Source: Paragordius varius
Lineage: Eukaryota; Animalia; Nematomorpha
DNA: 64,000 nucleotides
Direction of reading: 5' to 3'
Assembly: GCA_964247055.1 (NCBI GenBank)
Contig: OZ176050.1
Span: forward strand, 15,004,001-15,068,000
The notes under the pieces were generated by a model. The model saw only the letters and a list, made by a program, of their open reading frames with translations. It was not told where the DNA came from and searched no databases. Position numbers and translations under genes: made by a program. Positions 13,201 to 25,600 of this stretch are shown piece by piece. Position 1 is the first letter of the stretch, and each line of letters opens with the position of its first letter.

Positions 13201-16200
13201 AATGGTTGCTTATTTTACATTATAGCACACAGTAAGTAGTGTTTAATGGAAAAAACAACAAAATGTTGAATAAACAATTATTTCCTTTCTTTTTTTCATG
13301 AACTCTTATAGTGTTGCAAGCCCTATAGTTTGTGAAATAAGCAACCATTAAAAAGCTTACTGCAAATTAAGGTTTAAAAAGTTTAAGGCTGTTTCATAAA
13401 AAATCGGTTTTTACTTTTTTTGCGTTTTTTTATTGCATAATTTTCTTTATATGTTATATTTTGTGAGTAAAAGTGAGAACCACTGTATATAACTGGATCA
13501 TAAAATTTCTATGCTCTACTTATATTAAACAAACTTAGTTCTTTTAGTATAAATGCTATATTTCTACCAATGTTTAGGATAAAAAAACTTGAAATTTAAT
13601 ACATAAAATCTATAATTCAAACTTTTTTTATGCCAGAAAATTAGCATTTCAATTCATAATAGCTAGCTATAATAATTCAAACTTTTTTTAACATGATGGA
13701 TGATATATTATTTACAGTTCAATTTCGCCCTTGAAAAATTCAAATTCACTCTCTAAAAATAAAATATGTGTTTTCGAACTTATATAACTCATTATTAATA
13801 TGATGAGTTATCTTTATGGCGCATAGTTTATTATTTTTTCAGTATTATTTTAATTTAAAACAAAATTTTATCATTTCCATAAAATATAAATATTGGTAAT
13901 TTTAATTCTTAAAAAACATTTATTTTTTATTTGAGGGTGAATTTGAATTGTTCAAGGGATAGTGTGTATATATTGTTTAAGGCAATTTCAATTGGTGAAT
14001 TTGAATTGTTCAAGGCAGGTGAATTTAAATATTAAGAGTGAATTTGAATCGTTCAAGGAGGGGGAATTTAAACTGTTTAAGGGTGAATTTGAATTGTTCG
14101 AGGGATAGGGTGAATATATTGTTTAACGGTGAATTTGAATTGTTCAAGTAAATTTGAATTGTTCAAGGAGGGTGAATTTTAATTGTTCAAGGAAGGTGAA
14201 TTGGAATTGTTCAAGGCGGGTGAATTTAAACTGTTTCAAGGGTGAATTTGAATTGTAAATGATGATTTGATATCTAAAATAGATGTTACGCATTACGTTT
14301 GATCCGAAAACTAAGCTCCTTTCACGGATAGATGGGAAGGATATGGAACGGCCATTTAGCATAAATGTGCGACAGTCATATATGTGGTATGGACAACCTT
14401 ATACTCATGCAAACAAAGGATCAGGTGCTTATATATTCCTTGCAAATGCCCCTGAAGCCAATAATATATCGCGTTGGATGGGCACAGATAACACTGCTGT
14501 CCAACTTGAAATTATTAAAGTTTAGTTCTATTTTGTTCCATGATTAATTTGCTTTTTTGAATCTAACTTATAAGATTTTTTTAGTAATTTGGTTTGTGTT
14601 TACTCATTAATTAATATAAATGTCGTAAATATTGCTTGAAAAGTTTTGGTGTTTATATAGAGAAGGCATGAAAAACGATGTTAAACTTAATAGCATTTGT
14701 ATGCAGAAATAATTATTTAGTCTGGGGTTGGGTACGTAATATAAATAAAAAAACAAAAAAATTACAAATATGGTTGTCTTTAAGCCAAAAATTTCGTTTC
14801 AACTTTAAATTTTCTCCTTTTACCTGGTATCTATTTATGATGTTTGAGAAACTAAAAATCAAAAATAACTTATTATTATATTTTTTGGTTTATTCTATAA
14901 AATATTTTTAAATATAATTTGTGCACAAAAAAACTTGGTTTAATTTACTTATAACTAAAACAGGGTCCAGTATTTCAACAAGCTCGACAACGCTTTACCC
15001 CATTCCTGTATTTAGAAACTACATTGTATGTCGGAGATAATAATATAGATTACATTGTTCAGGATTGGACAGTAGGACCGCTTCCTCGAAAAGATGCGCC
15101 AAATTCAAACGCTGAAAGTCCGAAAGATTTCGTTTTAAGGTGGGAAACGGATTTGCAAACTTCAACGCAGGAACCTAAAACAGAACCTTACCAAGATCAA
15201 AGCAGCCCCAATAATCAAAATTCAACGTAAAAACATTTTCACAATTTACTAATTTGTGTAAAAATATAAATTTTGTGTTTTTTTATCTTTTTATGATTAA
15301 GTTATAAGTTTTTTTAGTCGACATATATCCTATTTTTTCAAACTTAAACCTTGGGACTGATCAAAATAACGTATAAAACTTATATTACATTTCATATTTT
15401 ATGTATGAATTTGATGTCTTATACAGCAGGGATTCTTAAACTATATGTCGCGGCCCCGTTTGGGGTCGCGTAGCAAAAATATTGGGTCGCGAGTGATAAA
15501 AATATTATTTAACAAAAAATGTTTTTTAACTTGTAAAATTATTGTTATAAAGAAAAATAACAATCATCGTAGATATACATATATCATAAAATCTTCCGAT
15601 TTGGAAAGACTGTTTATACCAGCATTTCTATTCCGATCATTTTAATAGCTTGTATAAATTAACTATGAATCAGAAGATCATATGGAAATTCATAAAATAT
15701 GTAGATTTAGTATATTGTTACCTAACAAATATATCATCAAAAAATATAAATTGATTTTACTTTTATATTTGTTGGGATTGTTAAAAAATCCGAAATCATA
15801 AATGGGGTCGGGAATTACAAAAGTTTAAGAAGCCCTGTTTTACAGTAAAAATTAAGATTATATTATGGGCAAAACGTTAAAATATAAAGAAAAATATTTT
15901 TTTTCAAAATTTAACCATAAATTTTTACAACTTGATTAATAAAAATATAAACTCATTGTAAAGTATGATATAGATACGTAAATTCGTAAATCAATGATAT
16001 ATTTTAAAATTTTAATTAAAGTTATATAGGTAAAAACTACTACAAAAGTATGGTTGTTTTTGGAAGAAAAAAACATTTGTCTTTTATATTTTGTCCGTAT
16101 AATTTCATTTTTACTGTATTTTCTCCAAATATATATATATATATATATATATATTTTATCCCATATATATATATTATACAATTATCATCGCTCAAAATGA

Positions 16201-19166
16201 AATTTTTTTTGGGTAGATCATTCAATAATTTTTACACGGATTCGAATGCGAGATTCATGGTTCCTCGCAGTGTTCCCATTCTGCCCGATAAAAAATTGCG
16301 GTCAAACACATTCATTTCAACGCAATACTATCCAATCAATTCCAAAATCTTTATTAGGGATGAAAAGGATCCACGTGCTTTGCCTAATCAAGTAAGTACA
16401 TTGTTTTAATTAATGATTTTGTTTTGATTTTTTTGTGAAAAAAAGGAATTTCGAGAAGCTAGGCTGTTTTTTTTGGAAATTTATATTGGTTTAAGACAAC
16501 ATAGTTTTTTTCGTTTTGTCCGTATATATACATTGATTACTATAGTTTAAGTATTTTGCACAAATTTTTTTATGTTTTGTCTCTTCTGTATAATTTTGAG
16601 TGTACCTCTATTATATTATTATTTAAAATAGCGTAAATTGCTCTAAAAATGTAATTTTTTACCGTATATTGTAGACAATGAATCAACGTTGTTTTTTTTC
16701 GAAAAAGATCAAGTATAAAAAACTGTTTTTATCTCTATTAACAATATTTCTTTTTGCCTGTTTTGTCTTTTGTCTAATTTCATAAATTTTTACTGTAAAA
16801 TTTATGTTTTAAAATGTGTTTATTTTGCTTTAACTATAACTCATTAGACAACAAATCAACGTTTCTTTGGCATAATAACGGACAGAGCCCAAGGGGCGTC
16901 TGCATTAGATGAGGGAAGTCTTGAAATTATGATTCATCGAAGAACGATAGCGGATGATTGGTTGGGTGTTGGTGAACCCCTCAATGAACTCGGCTCAGAT
17001 AATGAGGGTAGGAATTAAAAATTGAAAAAAAAGTTTAATGTTAAAAATGTCAAAAATTTAGTTTTTTTTAAGTTTGAGGATGTTTTCCAAAATCAAAAAA
17101 CGTCATTTTTAAAATTTATATCACGCGTTAGAAAATATGCCTTTAGAGGTTTAATTTGCTTGAAATTGTCATAAAATTTACAGTTTTTTTCTAATTCAAA
17201 ATAAAATATATGAAATTTGGTCTATATTCCGTTATGCTTATTAATTATCACGCCTCTTTATAACATTATTAATTATTTTTCGTATTTTTTATATAAAATT
17301 TTGCATAATTGTAGTCCCAAATGAAAAAACACTCTGATTAGCAATGTTAAAATCAAAATTTATTACAATTTTAGCATTTTATTTTGTTACTGTGTTTTTG
17401 TTTTTATCATTTACTACAGGTTTAATTGCCCGGGGTCGATTCCTCATTCTGTGTAAAAGTGACAAGGAAGCCTTTTATGAAGGCTTGACTCGCCTTGCTC
17501 AACAAACATATCTTAAGCCTGAAATTATGTTTGCTGATGAGTCTAAACTCGCTTCCCCTCTTAGAATTTCCACCGAACCTATGCAATCAGTAATATTTTA
17601 ATAAAATTTTTGTCAAGTCGCGTTTTTTACAGTAAAAATTGAAATTATACGTGTACGTAAGACAAAACGCCGTATAAATATAAGGACAAATTATTTTTTG
17701 CTTTAAAAGACAACCCTATACTTTTTGGAAATCTTAATTTAAACTATTAAAAACATTTTATAACAATCGTGAAATATATAATTGATGTTTTACCGATATA
17801 CATATCGCAGTTTAAATCCATGAGTTATATTGAATAAAAAAAACAAGATTCAAAAAATATGGGGTTGTTTTTTAAAATAAATTTGTCTTTATATTTTACG
17901 TTTTGTATTCAGTATAATTTAAGTTTTTACTGTATATATATATATTAATAATTTCTTTAGTTTTAAAATGTAAGACTAAAAAATTTACCCAAATCTAACA
18001 ATTTTTACTAATTTTTGCCAATTAGGTTGACTTGATCAGAAAAATTATTTAAGAAATATCACCTTTTACTATTATAAGCTTTTTTAAACATATTTTTGCA
18101 AATTATGCATTTCTAGATTTTTCAAGTGTCGCGTTTTGGCCACCCCTATTCCTATATATGTTGGTTGTCTTTTGAAACAATATATTAATCTTTTAGTTTT
18201 TAAATTTTTAATTTATTTTAACTTTATATTTAGCAATTTCAATGGCAATTCATTAAGCAATCCTTACCAAGCAATGTTCATTTGCTGAGTCTTGCTCAAT
18301 GGAATCAATGGGTTCTTATTCGTTTCGAACACATTTACAGTCCTAAAGAACATTCTCAACTCTCAAACCCTGTAACGATTGATTTTAAGGTTAGCTTTTT
18401 AAATAAAATATTTCATTTTATGAATTAAAACAAAAGCTTTTTTTGTGGTATATATAGTTAGTTTTAAGAAAAATAATTTTATAAAATACGTATGTATATA
18501 TACTAATTAAAATGGTATGTTTTTCTTTATATATATTTGAGTTAAATTCTAATATCGGACATAATCTATATTGATTTTTAATAGATTAACATGAATTATT
18601 TGACATAATTTTATAGTGATTTTTTTATATTAACATATTTCGGCCCTGATTTTTTACTTGGATTGTATAAAAATAAATAACATATACCTATTACACAATG
18701 CTTGAAATATAAGGACAAAACGTGAAAATAAGACAATATTCCTTTTTTAAAACAACCATACTAATCTACACTTGAATTTTCTAAAATATTTATTTTCTGA
18801 AATTAATAAGAAATATTATCATCTCCCCTTCCGAATTCACAGTAAAAAATAAGATTATCCAAAATTTTAAATATATTACACTTTTTTAGTTTTGTCCTGA
18901 TTTATAACAATGATAATATTTTAACTGTAAAATTGTAGGATTTGTTCAAATCTTACACGATTGGAGCAGTGTATGAAAAAACTCTTGGGGCTAATCAAGA
19001 CCCCAACAAGGTAAAACGCTTCGTTTGGCCAACTCAACCATCTCAAAGCCCACAAGATATAATTCTTCTAGAAAATTCTCATCAAAATATCAATAATAGC
19101 ACTAAAATAACCCTTTTACCTTTGGATATAAAAACATTCCTGATAAAGTTGAATGCACGCAGTTAA
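620..19166 (+). CDS. MAN2B1: Lysosomal-type alpha-mannosidase (GH38, MAN2B1-like), 21 exons, about 1,140 aa, with N-terminal signal peptide
   Basis: Exons: 620-706, 737-839, 912-1082, 1163-1279, 4193-4372, 5436-5596, 6300-6488, 7194-7281, 7884-8080, 8749-8922, 9740-9871, 10528-10647, 11234-~11519 (donor ambiguous: 11516/11519/11540), 12729-12769, 14283-14519, 14964-15226, 16217-16391, 16848-17007, 17420-17589, 18234-18389, 18939-19166. All are GT-AG and phase-compatible. Motifs: signal peptide M(LTM)[37 protein letters not shown] (Zn ligands), [18 protein letters not shown] (nucleophile Asp), MGSDF (acid/base Asp), [44 protein letters not shown]. Confidence 0.95.
2520..3330 (-). mobile_element. 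Decayed non-LTR retrotransposon (RTE-like) reverse transcriptase C-terminal remnant, interrupted by a MITE-B copy
   Basis: Minus-strand fragments [39 protein letters not shown] and [16 protein letters not shown] match the RTE pattern EIKRRI / KIWKDRDI / VFxVATYGxESW / TNEEIR / GKVEGKRxRGRPxxRWLD; stops and frameshifts are present. Confidence 0.7.
2944..3221. mobile_element. MITE family B copy (TA-flanked; TIR CCATTTACAATTCAAATTCACCC with subterminal ~21-bp tandem repeats)
   Basis: Ends taccattt... / ...tgtaaatggta. Further copies at about 4815-5070, 5092-5385, 11920-12220, 13705-14263, 20337-20530, 25642-25975, 29235-29514, 29978-30279, 37140-37698 and 53691-53930. Confidence 0.8.
3609..3912. 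mobile_element. MITE family A copy
   Basis: cagtaaaactaaaattacaaaacgtgaaaatataaaggcaaat ... atttgtctttatatttttacattttgtcc...caatttttactg. Confidence 0.75.
6623..6900. mobile_element. MITE family A (Tc1/mariner-type, TA-flanked, ~280-300 bp, long TIR CAGTAAAAATTGAAATTATACGGACAAAACGTAAAAATATAAAGACAAAT...AAAGACAACCATACTTT)
   Basis: Inverted ends of about 90-100 bp starting TA|CAGT and ending ACTG|TA. Other two-ended copies at 10250-10506, 15843-16116, 17630-17932, 20104-20576, 21526-21860, 30619-30924, 35639-35927, 36614-36890, 55008-55285 and 61619-61868, plus many partial copies (e.g. about 345-422, 7330-7648, 8340-8640, 24180-24290, 33444-33730, 51010-51263, 58040-58310). Confidence 0.85.
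13188..13362. mobile_element. MITE family C (TA-flanked, ~180-200 bp, TIR CAGTATGCATTTTAATGGTTGCTTATTT)
   Basis: Inverted ends tatgcattttaatggttgcttattt / aaataagcaaccattaaaaagcttactg; two more copies at 23453-23634 and 32292-32498. Confidence 0.8.
13705..14263. mobile_element. MITE family B copy with a strongly expanded right subterminal tandem array
   Basis: More than ten imperfect GGGTGAATTTGAATTGTTCAA units between about 13935 and 14260; ends about 20 nt before the mannosidase acceptor at 14281-14282. Confidence 0.8.
15427..15837. mobile_element. hAT (Charlie-like) MITE, 411 bp
   Basis: TIR CAGGGATTCTTAAACT / AGTTTAAGAAGCCCTG (1 mismatch); 8-bp flanks ttatacag / ttttacag (1 mismatch); subterminal GGGTCGCG motifs. 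Confidence 0.85.
17630..17932. mobile_element. MITE family A copy
   Basis: TA|CAGTAAAAATTGAAATTATACG ... GTATAATTTAAGTTTTTACTG|TA. Confidence 0.85.
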
Positions 19167-19801
19167 TTATAATATGATTATAATAATAAATGCGCTCTCT
19201 CAGTCAACAAAAATACATCGGGCCCACAAAACAAAAACCCTCATATTATCGATATATTTTATTTTTCCTTTTTACGTTTTTTTTATAAATTTAATTATAG
19301 ATTTCTTTTTTTCCGAAAATTAGCAGTATCAAAAATATAATGTGTAATATTTTTTGACGACTTTTTTATGTTTTGTTTTAGAAAATTATTTTGTTTAATA
19401 TGAGTATGTTTATATGCAATCATAGTTAATTATTAATAATATATTATTATGTTATGAGATGAAAAAATAAATAAATTTATGTTACTTTAATCGTTCTTAA
19501 TCCTCTTTGAATATGAAATTACACCTAATTTTTTAGACATATATATATAATATAAATTGGTTTTAAATGTTAAAAATTATTATTATATTAACTTTGTAAT
19601 ATCAAATAATTTACTTTTAAGTTTTTTTTGTCAATCATTATTTTTGCTATTTAAAAAATTGCACCGATATAGTTTTAATTGCTTAATGCCATAAAACAAT
19701 ATTCCTTAAATAAATCTATAAAAATATCTTTATAAATAACATTAAAATGGATTCCATGTTGAAATCATTTATTTACAATTAACATAAAATAAAAAAAATC
19801 A

Positions 19802-22576
19802 TTATAATTTGACATGTTTAAGTATGGTTTGTAATTTATCCCTACTAACGTAAGCACAATATATGGATGAAAGACCCAATCCAACCAAACTTCCCATAAA
19901 AATCTTCCTAGGACCAGCTATATAATATAATATACAGTAAAAAAATATAAAGACTTTAAGGTTTTTAATGTTTACATTTTGTGCAAATTATAGTTATTAG
20001 TTAAAAATCCTACGTTGACATCAATTTTTTCGTTTTCATGAAAATTAATTGGAATTTTAACAATTATAAGGAAAAAAACTAACTAAAATCTAATTTATAT
20101 ATATAGTAAAACTTGAAATTATACGGACAAATATGTAGAAATATAAAGACAAATATTTTTTTTATTCCAAAGGACAGCCCCATACTTTTTTTCAAAACTT
20201 GATTTTTCCCATATAATATTTATTTAATTACAACTGTAAAATATATAATTGATTGTGTTACCAATACTCATTTATGTTTCACATGCAATTAAAAGGAATC
20301 AAGTTTATAAAAGTAGAGCAGTCGTTTAAAATATATATTCCATTTACAATTCAAATTCACCCTAAAAATAATATTAATATAAAAAGTATCTTTATGGCAT
20401 AGTTTCTAATTCTTGAGTACTTTAATTTAAAACAAAATTTTATTTTTTTTAAATATATGAATATATATAATTTTCAATCTTAAAATATGTATAATTTATT
20501 TGAGGGTGAATTTGAATTGTAAATGGTATATTTGTCTTTATATTTTTATGTGTCCGTATAATATCATTTTTTACTGACCAATTTACATCTCTGTTCCCTT
20601 ATATATATATAATATATGTCTTTAAAAATATTTGTCTTTTAACATTTAAAAATTGTTTATTTTTATTATTAATCTTTATAAAAAAAAACTTTTTTCCTAC
20701 CCAATTAAAAATATGTTCATTGTGATAAATAAATTTTTAACTAAGGCACACATATTTTTACATAATAAAATTTTAAGTTAAATTTAAAATTTTTAACCTG
20801 TGCATTTATAAAGAGCTCCAGTTAGGGTAGCTGAAGCCAGGGTATTTAACTCATCGTCAGAACCGCGGACCCAAGAAAATAAAACGCCAAAACTGCTATA
20901 CATCAAGGCTAATATTACGTATAAAAAACTTTAAGATTTTTATACAAGATTTTTTTTAATTTAATGAAAATATCTGTTGATATAGCAACTTTTTACTCAT
21001 AAAAAGTGGTATATTTAACGATTTAATAATATTTTAAAAATTTAGATTCTAATACTTAAATAGCTAAAATCCATATATATATATATATATATATATATCA
21101 TAAAAAACTTTTTACACCAAACAAATATAAATAAAACTGAGAAAAATTTTAAATTACCGACAACCCCTAAAACATTAGCAGTTCCAGCACCTTGACGCGT
21201 CACATAATTCAACAGTCTATTGTAATAAAAAATTAAAAATATAGTAAAAATTGATTGAAATTATACGGACAAACATAAAAATAGGATAATATTTCTTTCT
21301 TTATGATAAAGACACACTCATACTTTACAAAAAAAACTAATGAGTAATTACAAAATAGCGAATTATTTAACAATTTACACATCAACCCTATCACTTATTT
21401 TATTTTTATGAATGTTAAAATATTTTAAAAACCAAATTTATTTAATTTAATTTTATTTACTTATCATTTTGGATTGCGATATGTATAAAAGAAACGCACG
21501 CAATTCGGAAAAACACACTCAACTACGGTGAAAATTGAAATTATATACGGACAAAACGTAAAAATATATAAAAAATATTTTTTTGTAAAAGACAACTAAA
21601 TCTTTATATATTTAAATATAACTCAGTTAAAATAGCTACGTATATTGATAACACAATAAATCATGTATTTCACAATGTAATTAAATAATATTTTAATGAG
21701 AATTTTGGTTTAAAAATAAATGGGGTTGGTTGTCTTTAAAAAAAAAATATTTGCCTTTATATATTTACAACGTATAATTCTAAATATTATAGAATTATCC
21801 AGATGAGAAAATAATTTCTTTTAATTTTATATTTTGTCCGTATAATTTCATTTTTTACTGTTAGTTTATTATAAATTTTGAAATATTATACTGTGTTCTT
21901 TGAATACTGCCTTTCATCCCAGTCAATTGAGTTTGTCGCAAACCTGTATAAAGTCCATTTATTCCACCCAAAGCACTGCCTAAAAAACATATTTTTTTAT
22001 AAATTTTTTTAAAAAAGAGATTTTTTTTATATCAGAGGTTTAAATAACATTTTGAAAAAACAAGATCACAAAACTAATAAGAAAACATTAATTTTTTGAC
22101 AGTTTTAAAACTAGTTCAGTTTCTAATTTACATTACTTTGTATGAATTAGATAAAAGGTGATGTTAATCAATTTTTACGTCTCCAAAAAAAATCATCTTA
22201 ATATTTTAATATTTACAGAAATACAGCAAAATAGATTGTTAAAAGTTAAGAAGATTAATTTCAATCTTTTAAAAAACATTTATAACACCTTAAATTAAAA
22301 TTTAAGATAAATAGCAAGAGTAAAAATAACTTATTATTGTACTAACAAACCAATTTGTAAACCTAATATAACGGAAGAACCGATTTGTGAAAATGCCAAT
22401 TCAAATCGTCCGCGTTGTTTATTCGCCCCTTCTGGCATAATAAATTCAGGTTCATGCTAAATTTTATAATTTTTTCATACTTTATATAGCAAAGCTGGAT
22501 CAAAATTGAGGTATGGTGACATCATTGTATACCCAGGCCTACTGTTTTTCGGATATTCCTCACTCATGTCGGGCAT
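19802..22576 (-). CDS. TIMM23: Mitochondrial inner membrane translocase subunit Tim23, 6 exons, 184-187 aa
   Basis: Exons (minus): 22576 or 22567-22481, 22456-22363, 21979-21892, 21216-21158, 20908-20798, 19917-19802. Translation includes SPYLNFDPALLYK|HEPEFIMPEGANKQRGRFELAFSQIG, ALGGINGLYTGLRQT, LLNYVTRQGAGTANVLG, RGSDDELNTLASATLTGALYKCT, colinear with Tim23 as I recall it. The ORF track misses it because every exon is short. Confidence 0.96.
20104..20576. mobile_element. MITE family A copy with a family B element nested in its right TIR (about 20337-20530)
   Basis: A left arm and core, then B (ccatttacaattcaaattcacccta...gggtgaatttgaattgtaaatggta), then the remaining A right arm tttgtctttatatttttatgtgtccgtataat...ttactg. 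Confidence 0.75.
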
Positions 22577-22611
22577 ACGAGATGGTTTAATGAATGTAAA
22601 ATAATAAAAGC
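22577..22611. promoter_or_regulatory. Inferred bidirectional promoter core between the TIM23 and CNOT11 start codons
   Basis: Only 35 bp (44 bp if TIM23 starts at 22567) separate two divergent, conserved housekeeping CDSs. Inferred from geometry only; no motif is claimed. Confidence 0.6.
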
Positions 22612-25600
22612 ATGTCTCTATCTCAAGCTGAAGTGAATTCTATCCTAAAGTATGAAAAAATTTATATTTAATTTTTCAGTTTATTAGCCGAGGATTATGT
22701 GGAAAATCACACGTTTGAGAATATGGCTACCTCGTTTCACCATTACTTTCAGAAAGTTGATCATTTCAAAATTGGTTCTATGCTGGTAATTTTTAAATAT
22801 TAATCGATTTTATTATCTAAAATTTCCTTTTTTGATTCTTAAATTTAGGTTATACTATTGCAACAACATGATTTAATACCTTATGCAAGTCAACGCCTTG
22901 TTTGCATATTTTTACTTTATGAAATGTACAAAGACCAACCTGTTGAATTTAATCCATTTGCCACTGTTTTTTACGTTTTATTGGTAATTTTATAGTAGTT
23001 TTATATTGTTATTACCGGAAATTTTTTATCGAAAATTTAGTTTTTTTTCAATGTGTAAAATTGTCAAACTAACATATACCGTTGTTATCTTTACAATTAT
23101 TTTATTAAATGATCTTAAAAGCTATGATGAATATTAAAAAATTTAAAGCCAATTTATTGTTGTGTTTTGTACTAAAAATAAATTTATTAAGTAAAAAAAC
23201 ATTTCTGAAATCTTTAAACCGCAAAAAAATTTAAGTAATAAAAATAAAACTAAAGAAACTAGATTTTTTTAAAAAAATGAAAACCAACCATTTCTGATCC
23301 TTCATATTTTTACCATAACTAACTGTTTTATGATTTTGAATCGAGATTTGAGAATACACTACATTTATTTTAATCATTTAGGTTCTATAAGATACATATG
23401 ATTTACTTAAAAAATCATCTTTTAATTTTATCATTTATTTGCTTTATATATACAGTGTGCATTTTAATGGTTGCTTATTTCACTATAGTAGGGGAATTTG
23501 CAACGCTACAAGAGTGTATAGAAAAAACGAAAGAGTATATAATTGTTTATTCAACATTTGGTTGTTTTTTTCCATACACTACTGTGTTGCAAATCTACTA
23601 TAGTGTGAAATAAGCAACCATTAAAATGCATACGTATATATATATATATATATATGACATTTAAATTCCCTATATGATGTATATGTGATAGACAACATCA
23701 GATGAGAATTCCAACAATAAAAATAAAGCGCGTTTAGATTTTGGTGGAACAATTCCCAAAATTACAAATGCAGAAAAATATTTTTTAGCTATGGTCCTTT
23801 CGGGAAACGGGTCTGAAGTAAGTTTTTACTTTTACTTTAATTTTTTACTTGTTCTCTTTAAATTGCGCATAAACTGTATATTAGTATGTGTTGTATTATA
23901 TATATATATATATATATATATGAATATATACATGTTAAAAGGGTTAATATTTAGTATTTTTAACTCTAAAAACTGTCTTTTTGTCGTTATATGTTGCCTA
24001 AAAAAATGAACAAATATATATATATTCTAGTTTGTTGATAAAAATCTTCTTTTTAATCTATATTATCAATAATAGAATTGTTTGCCATTAAAAAAATCCA
24101 TTAAAAAATATTTTTATCGGGTTAATAAAAAACAATAGTATTCTTGATTTTCATAATTTTATAATCATTTTTATTTTTGCATTAAAAATTGAAATTATAC
24201 TATGGACAAAACGTAAAAACATAAAGACAAATATTTCGTATTAAAATAAAACTAACCATACTTTTTAAAACCTTATTTTTTTCATATAAAATGAATTATA
24301 TCATAACAAACCTAGAATATTTAATTAATTTTGCTACCAATATACATTTTCATTTCATATTACTTGGCGATTTAAAACATATAGTTGTATCGCTAAAAAA
24401 ATCAAGGAGGGAAAAAATTATGGTTAGTTGTCTTTCTTTTGAAAAAAAACGAAATATTTGCCATTCTTTACCTTTATTTTTTTGTATAAATTCATTTTTT
24501 ATGAATATTATTTTGAATGTCAGTTATTGAAAAAAACACCAAATCAACTCATAAACTGTGATGCTACGATGAATTTCAACAGTATTGAACAAATCCCTCC
24601 ACAAACCATGTCAAACTTATTGGATTCCTTGGCTAAACTGTGGAATCAATTACCGATAACTGCAAAATCAGGACTTTCCTGTATAATTGCTGACCCTGAT
24701 TTGAGATCTAGGTGGTTTTTTTTACACATTTGTCTTGAAATAGTTTTTTTTCGAAAAAAAAATTGATGAGTTTTTGTTGGAAATTTTTAAATTATATATG
24801 ATTTGAAAAAGATTATTTTTTAGGATATTTTTTTTATAAAATAAAGAGGAAATATAATAGCTGTATTTTAAGATTAGTTTTTACCCGCTAATTATTCTAA
24901 GCTTAACTTTTGTATATACAATAAAAACTGAAATTATACTATGGACAAAACTTAAAAATGTAAGGACAAATATTTTTTTTAAAAGACAACTACCATACTT
25001 TTTAATCAATTATTTTTTTAATATAACTCATTGCATAACAGTATAAGTAAGTTATACATTGCTAGAAAATTATTAATTATTGCCAATTAGTAAATACAGC
25101 ATAGAGTATTATTGGCTAAAATAAATTTAAGCCAATAATACTGCCCTTTGTATAAGATATGGTATTTGACAATAATCAATAACTTTCTAGCAATATATAC
25201 TTACTCATACTGTATAATGTAAAGAATTGGTAACACAATCAATTACATACATTTTACAATGATTGTAATTTATTAATTTATATATCAAAGGAATAAAACT
25301 ATTTCAAAAAAAGATTTTTTGTCTTTTATTTTAAACAAAAAAGTTTTTACGGTAAAACTTATTTGCAGCAATAATTATCATTCTTTTTTTCTAAATATTT
25401 TTTTTCCAGCTTATGCTTAGATTCAGGATTTTCCTCACCTTCTTTATGTGGTGGTCTAGTTCCTCCGACCCCAACAAGCGTTACTAATCCATTGTTGTTT
25501 GGGAATAATTCTGCATTGCAAAATAGTAATTTTTAAGCGATTTTTTGAAATATTTTTAACTTACTAAGTTTTTAGTAAAATTATAAAATAGAGAGTTATA

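Noticed and set aside
13935-14260. CRISPR-like array of GGGTGAATTTGAATTGTTCAA repeats (and the 14144-14362 ORF built from them)
   Set aside because: No unique spacers of constant length, no cas genes, eukaryotic context; the units are subterminal repeats of MITE family B.
707-22679. Stop-codon readthrough or a ciliate-type genetic code as an explanation of the in-frame 24- and 30-nt gaps
   Set aside because: Each gap is bounded by GT and AG and its removal restores homology. Long exons contain no in-frame TAA/TAG, and genes end in TAA, TAG and TGA normally.
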